Shown here: piece after piece, positions 60,512-64,000 of the stretch
Layout of the letters: every line of letters starts with the position of its first letter
Position numbering within the stretch: position 1 is the first letter of the stretch
NCBI GenBank assembly: GCA_963732005.1
Contig: CAVSXT010000005.1
Span: 2,057,315 to 2,121,314, forward strand
Length of the DNA stretch: 64,000 nt
From: an uncultured Acidobacteriota bacterium
GTDB lineage: Bacteria > Acidobacteriota > Thermoanaerobaculia > Multivoradales > UBA5704
Direction of reading: 5' to 3'
The notes under the pieces: generated by a model
Seen by the model: only the letters and a program-made list of their open reading frames with translations
The model's database searches: none
What the model was told of the DNA's origin: nothing
Made by a program: the position numbers and the translations under genes

Positions 60512-62455
60512 CTACCCGCAGGGCAGTGCCGAGGTGTCCTGCAGCGGCGGCGCAGCGGTGCCGATCGGGTTGGTGTAGGTCCGCTGGCGGCCGGTCTGGG
60601 TGTCGGTGACCGTCACCGTGAAGCCGACGTTGGTGGCCGCGGCATAAAAGATCCAGAAGCTGTGATTGACCGCGCAGCCGTCCAGCACCTTGATCAACAT
60701 CTCCGGGTTGTCGGCGGCGAAGAACCAGAAGAGCCCGCCCTGGGCGACGCCCAGACTCTGCAGGGGGATCGCCTGGGCGTCTCCCGAATCGCCGCCGCCG
60801 AGGTGGAAGCGCACCGCGACCTGGAAGCGGCCGTCGATGCACACCGCGGTGCCGGTGGATGCGCAGGTGCTCTGGGGCGCCGCGCCGGCGGCAACCCCGG
60901 CGGTGCCGGCAGTGCCCGGCGCCATCATCGGCGAGGGTTCGGCGGGCCAGCTCGCGGTCCAGAACGGCTCGCCGGCGGTGCCGGCGCCAAGGGCGCCGGC
61001 GGCGGCGTCCGGCGTCGGCGGCGGGTCGGCGGGCCAGCTCGCGGTCCAGGTGGGCTCCGGAGCGTCGAGCGCGAGGCCGCCGCCGGGTGGCGGCTCGACC
61101 GGGCCTGACGCCTCGCCCCTGGGGGAAGCATCGCCGTCGATGCAGGCGAAGGCGGAGGTGTCCTCGATCGGCGCGGCGGCGACGCCGTCGCGGTTGGTGT
61201 AGGGCTTGGCGCGGCCGGTGCGGGTGTCGAGCACCGTCACCGTGAAGCCGACGTTGGTGGCGGCGGAGGCAAAGACCCAGAACTCCTGGTTGAGGGGGCA
61301 GCCGTCGAGCACCTTGACCAGCAGCTCGGGGTTGTCGGCGGTGAAGAACCAGAACAGACCGCCGCGCGCGACCCCCAGGCCGGCCAGCGGGATCGCCTGA
61401 CCGTTGCCCGACTTGCCGCCGCTCTGGGCAGTGGCGAACGCCGCGGTGATCTGCCAGCGCCGGTCGCCCGGCTGGTCGTCGAGGCAGAGGGTGGCGCCGG
61501 CGGGCGTGCACTGGAAGGTGGCGCGGCCGATCCGCGCGACGGCGGTCTCGGCGAACCAGAGGTTGCCGTCGGGGCCGGCGGCGATCCCTTGCGGGCCGGC
61601 GTTGGCGGTGGGCACCGCCACCTCGGCGACGACGCCGGCGGTGGAGATGCTGCTGATCTTGTCGGTCTCGGGTTCGGTGAACCAGAGCTTGCCGTCGGGG
61701 CCGGTGGCGATGCCGTAGCCCGGACCGATGCTGGGGAGCTCGGTCACCGTGCCGCTGGTGGCGATCCTGCCGATCCGCTTCGCCAGGCGCTCGGTGAACC
61801 AGAGCGCGCCGTCGGGGCCGACGGTGATGACGAACGGCTGGCTGCTTGCCGTCGGCACCGGATACTCGGTGATCACGCCCTTGGGGGTGATGCGTCCGAT
61901 CTTGTTGGCGGCCGCCGCCGATTCGGTGAACCAGAGCGCGCCGTCCGGCCCGGTGGCGATGAAGGCAGGATCGGTCCCGGCCGGCAGCGTGTATTCCGTG
62001 AACACTCCGCCGGTCGAGATGCGGCCGATCTTGCTGGTGGCGAGCTCGGTGAACCAGAGCGCCCCGTCGGGACCCGCGGCGATGCCCTGCGGTCTGGCGC
62101 CCGGGGTGGGGATGGAGTACTCCGAGAGCGCGCCGGCGGTGGTGATCCTGCCGATCTGGCTGGCCGTGAGCTCGGTGAACCAGAGGGCGCCGTCGGGACC
62201 CGCGGCGATGCCGACGGGTGCGCTGTGGGGAGTCGGGATGGGGAACTCGGTGATGGTCCCGCCGATGGTGATGCGCCCGATCTGGTTGGCGCCTTCCTCG
62301 GTGAACCAGACCGCGCCGTCGGCGCCGGCGACGATCCCGGTGGGGCCGCCGTTGGCCGACGGCAGGACGTATTCGCCGATCGCGACGGCGCGCGCCGCCC
62401 CGCGCAGCCCGACGAAGAGCACGATTGTCAAAGCGAGGCGGCGAGCGGTGCGCAT
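60512..62455 (-). CDS. Secreted Vgb-like (streptogramin-lyase-fold) beta-propeller protein with two tandem copies of an unidentified roughly 110-aa C-terminal domain
   Basis: ATG (complement of 62453-62455) with AGGAGG upstream. Signal peptide MRTARRLALTIVLFVGLRGAARA. Six or more repeats of GPDGxLWFTE...IGRI. Duplicated C-terminal segments containing GGLFWFF.ADNPE.L.KVLDGC...FW.F.AA.TNVGFTVTV.DT.TG. Confidence 0.7.
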   Translation of the reverse strand: MRTARRLALTIVLFVGLRGAARAVAIGEYVLPSANGGPTGIVAGADGAVWFTEEGANQIGRITIGGTITEFPIPTPHSAPVGIAAGPDGALWFTELTASQIGRITTAGALSEYSIPTPGARPQGIAAGPDGALWFTELATSKIGRISTGGVFTEYTLPAGTDPAFIATGPDGALWFTESAAAANKIGRITPKGVITEYPVPTASSQPFVITVGPDGALWFTERLAKRIGRIATSGTVTELPSIGPGYGIATGPDGKLWFTEPETDKISSISTAGVVAEVAVPTANAGPQGIAAGPDGNLWFAETAVARIGRATFQCTPAGATLCLDDQPGDRRWQITAAFATAQSGGKSGNGQAIPLAGLGVARGGLFWFFTADNPELLVKVLDGCPLNQEFWVFASAATNVGFTVTVLDTRTGRAKPYTNRDGVAAAPIEDTSAFACIDGDASPRGEASGPVEPPPGGGLALDAPEPTWTASWPADPPPTPDAAAGALGAGTAGEPFWTASWPAEPSPMMAPGTAGTAGVAAGAAPQSTCASTGTAVCIDGRFQVAVRFHLGGGDSGDAQAIPLQSLGVAQGGLFWFFAADNPEMLIKVLDGCAVNHSFWIFYAAATNVGFTVTVTDTQTGRQRTYTNPIGTAAPPLQDTSALPCG

Positions 62456-62682
62456 GACTTCCACATCCTCCTGCAATGTCAATGATAGGCCAATTGCGGA
62501 CCGGTGGCATCCGCGAAGCGCGGGAGGCGGCTGGGAAGGGGGATGGAGGGGGCGGGCTGGGGGCGGTCCGCGGTGGCGGCAGCGGCCCGCGAGGGGGCGG
62601 CGACTCGTGGCGGTGGCGATCCGGAGCGGCGGCGGTCCGCGCTGGCGTCGGCCCCGCGGCGAGGGCAGCTGGGCGCTACCGG

Positions 62683-64000
62683 CTACTGGAAATAGCCGGT
62701 GACGTCGACGATGACGTGGACGGTGCCGGACAGGGCTGCCAGCACGTCGATGCTGCCCGAGCCCTCGCCGCTCAGCCGCAGGATGGCGTTGTTGGCGCGG
62801 GTCGTGCCGGCGGGGAAGTTGATGGTGCTGGTTCCGCCCGGTTGCTGATCGGCGGCGTAGAGGGTCAGGTATCCGGCGGTTGCCGGTCCGGTGACGGTGA
62901 TATTGGCTGCCAGCGCTTTGGCCGTGCTGGGGATGCCGCAACTGCCGGCCAGGGGAAAGCTGCGGGTCTGGTTCGACTGCAGGCCGGGGCCGCCGGTGGG
63001 TCCGGCGGGTCCGCGGGTGTCGACCGCGCGGCAGGGAGTCACGGTGTAGTAGCGGGTGTTCTGGGGCAGGCCGATGGCGCAGAAACCGCCGGACGCGTTG
63101 ACCCATTCTTCTTGCAGGAGGAAGTCGCGCGCGCCGAGGCGAACGTTTGCGACGGAGCCGTTGGCAGTGGTGTAGACGCTGCCGAACGTGAAGTTGCACA
63201 GGTCGGCGACCTCGTTACCGGCGTTGTCGTACCAGGCGTCGCCGTGGGGGTCGGTGACCGCTTCGTCGAGCTCGTGGGTCATGATCGACGCCATGCCGTC
63301 GGCGCCCTCGTTGCCGTTGGGATCGTTGCCGGGTGAGCCGATGCAGGAGTCCGGGCAGGCCACGGGGTTGCCGACGAAGGCGTACTGGCTGACGACGGTG
63401 CCGAAGGCTGCCGAAGCGTGCCAGCCGCAATAGACCGTGCAGAAGCCGGAGGTCTCGGCGACGTCGGCCGAGGTGAGGACGAAGTAGACGCCGTTGCCGT
63501 CGAGCGGCAGGGAGCCGCCGGCGATCGCCGCCGAGACGATGGTGTAGATATCGCCATCGTCCAGCGAGGTGCCGAGCGAATAGGCGTCGAAGGCCGCGCC
63601 GCCGAAGGTCACCGAGTTGCTGATAGTCCGGTTGGAGCCATCGAAGTAGGTGGTGTTGATGGCGTACAGAGCACTGCCGCCGAGGTTCTTGGCCCAATCC
63701 GGCAAGATCGTCGTGGCGGTGTCCGAGCCCCAGCTGCCATACCAGATGAAATAGACGTGCGTGGTGCCCAGCAGCACCGGACCGCCGTGGTAGAAGATGC
63801 CGTTGCTCGAGACGGTAGGGTTGGGGATCCTGATCCCAGGCACGTTCGGCCGGCGTATGCCGTGGCCCTTGCCGTCGGGTACCAGGCCGGAAGCCTGGCC
63901 GGGTTCCAGGCAGGAAGCCTGGCCGGGATCACCGGCCGGTGGGGTGGGACTGGCGGCGGTATCCGTCGTCACGGTCGCCGCGCGCGCTCCTGCCGGGGCC
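62683..64000 (-). CDS. PHI-1/EXORDIUM-like (phosphate-induced protein 1 family) domain protein with a C-terminal PCRxxDTRG-type domain; the 5' end is outside the window
   Basis: YFVLTSADVAETSGFCTVYCGWHASAAF matches the Phi_1 conserved region. The C-terminal YTVTPCRAVDTRG...LTLYAADQ...VIVDVTGYFQ domain is of a common type with no assigned function. The ORF is open to the window edge. Confidence 0.6.
   Translation of the reverse strand, partial: APAGARAATVTTDTAASPTPPAGDPGQASCLEPGQASGLVPDGKGHGIRRPNVPGIRIPNPTVSSNGIFYHGGPVLLGTTHVYFIWYGSWGSDTATTILPDWAKNLGGSALYAINTTYFDGSNRTISNSVTFGGAAFDAYSLGTSLDDGDIYTIVSAAIAGGSLPLDGNGVYFVLTSADVAETSGFCTVYCGWHASAAFGTVVSQYAFVGNPVACPDSCIGSPGNDPNGNEGADGMASIMTHELDEAVTDPHGDAWYDNAGNEVADLCNFTFGSVYTTANGSVANVRLGARDFLLQEEWVNASGGFCAIGLPQNTRYYTVTPCRAVDTRGPAGPTGGPGLQSNQTRSFPLAGSCGIPSTAKALAANITVTGPATAGYLTLYAADQQPGGTSTINFPAGTTRANNAILRLSGEGSGSIDVLAALSGTVHVIVDVTGYFQ

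Noticed and set aside
56426-62485. Several long plus-strand ORFs (56426-57640, 58024-59256, 59201-61108, 61589-62485)
   Set aside because: They are antisense to GT-C paralog B, cydB, cydA and the Vgb-like gene respectively. All are Arg/Gly/Asp-rich low complexity.
1-64000. CRISPR arrays, rRNA genes, IS elements or transposases, and prophage structural genes
   Set aside because: None were seen. There are no regularly spaced direct repeats with unique spacers and no transposase or integrase motifs. The only RNA gene recognised is tRNA-Tyr.

Overview
This is a high-GC (about 70%) bacterial chromosomal segment with closely packed, often overlapping genes. Much of the six-frame ORF track is antisense 'shadow' ORFs. 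The track marks GTG/TTG starts as M; this was checked by hand at several loci.

Content by position:
- 0–7 kb: a DUF1156-family DNA methyltransferase (a likely defence-system component cut off by the window edge), an AbiEii-like nucleotidyltransferase toxin-antitoxin module, a DUF1697 protein and several oxidoreductases.
- 8.9–18.8 kb: two convergent lipid/acyl-metabolism operons. One is a translationally coupled four-gene set (GNAT-like, AMP-ligase, UbiA-like membrane protein, PEP-utilising enzyme). The other is a BtaA-like (DUF3419) gene coupled to a polyprenol-kinase-like membrane protein.
- 18.9–23.1 kb: a Zn-ribbon membrane protein plus M50 site-2 protease pair, a Sel1-repeat lipoprotein and secreted proteins.
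- 24.4–29.7 kb: three tandem HlyD-family adaptors plus an FtsX permease, with no ATPase nearby.
- 29.8–40.9 kb: protoporphyrinogen oxidase, two VapBC-type toxin-antitoxin pairs flanking a class A PBP and a PAS-GGDEF-EAL membrane sensor, a ROK kinase and an MFS sugar transporter.
- 41.2–48.8 kb: tRNA-Tyr followed by a lower-GC block of about 7.5 kb. It holds a CHAT protease-like protein coupled to an unknown partner, a BNR-repeat protein and an orphan XRE antitoxin-like regulator.
- 48.8–51.8 kb: a glycosyltransferase/NDP-sugar pair and a truncated FtsX relic.
- 51.9–60.5 kb: the most interesting locus. A 48-aa ORF absent from the track has a double-glycine-type leader and a Cys/Ser/Thr-rich core. 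Next to it are a LanC-like protein lacking the canonical zinc ligands, an Asp/Asn beta-hydroxylase with a 150-aa N-terminal extension, and two paralogous GT-C membrane glycosyltransferase-like proteins. One of these is translationally coupled to cydAB.
- 60.5–64 kb: a Vgb-like beta-propeller protein and a partial PHI-1/EXORDIUM-like protein.

No rRNA, CRISPR array, integrase or transposase was seen.
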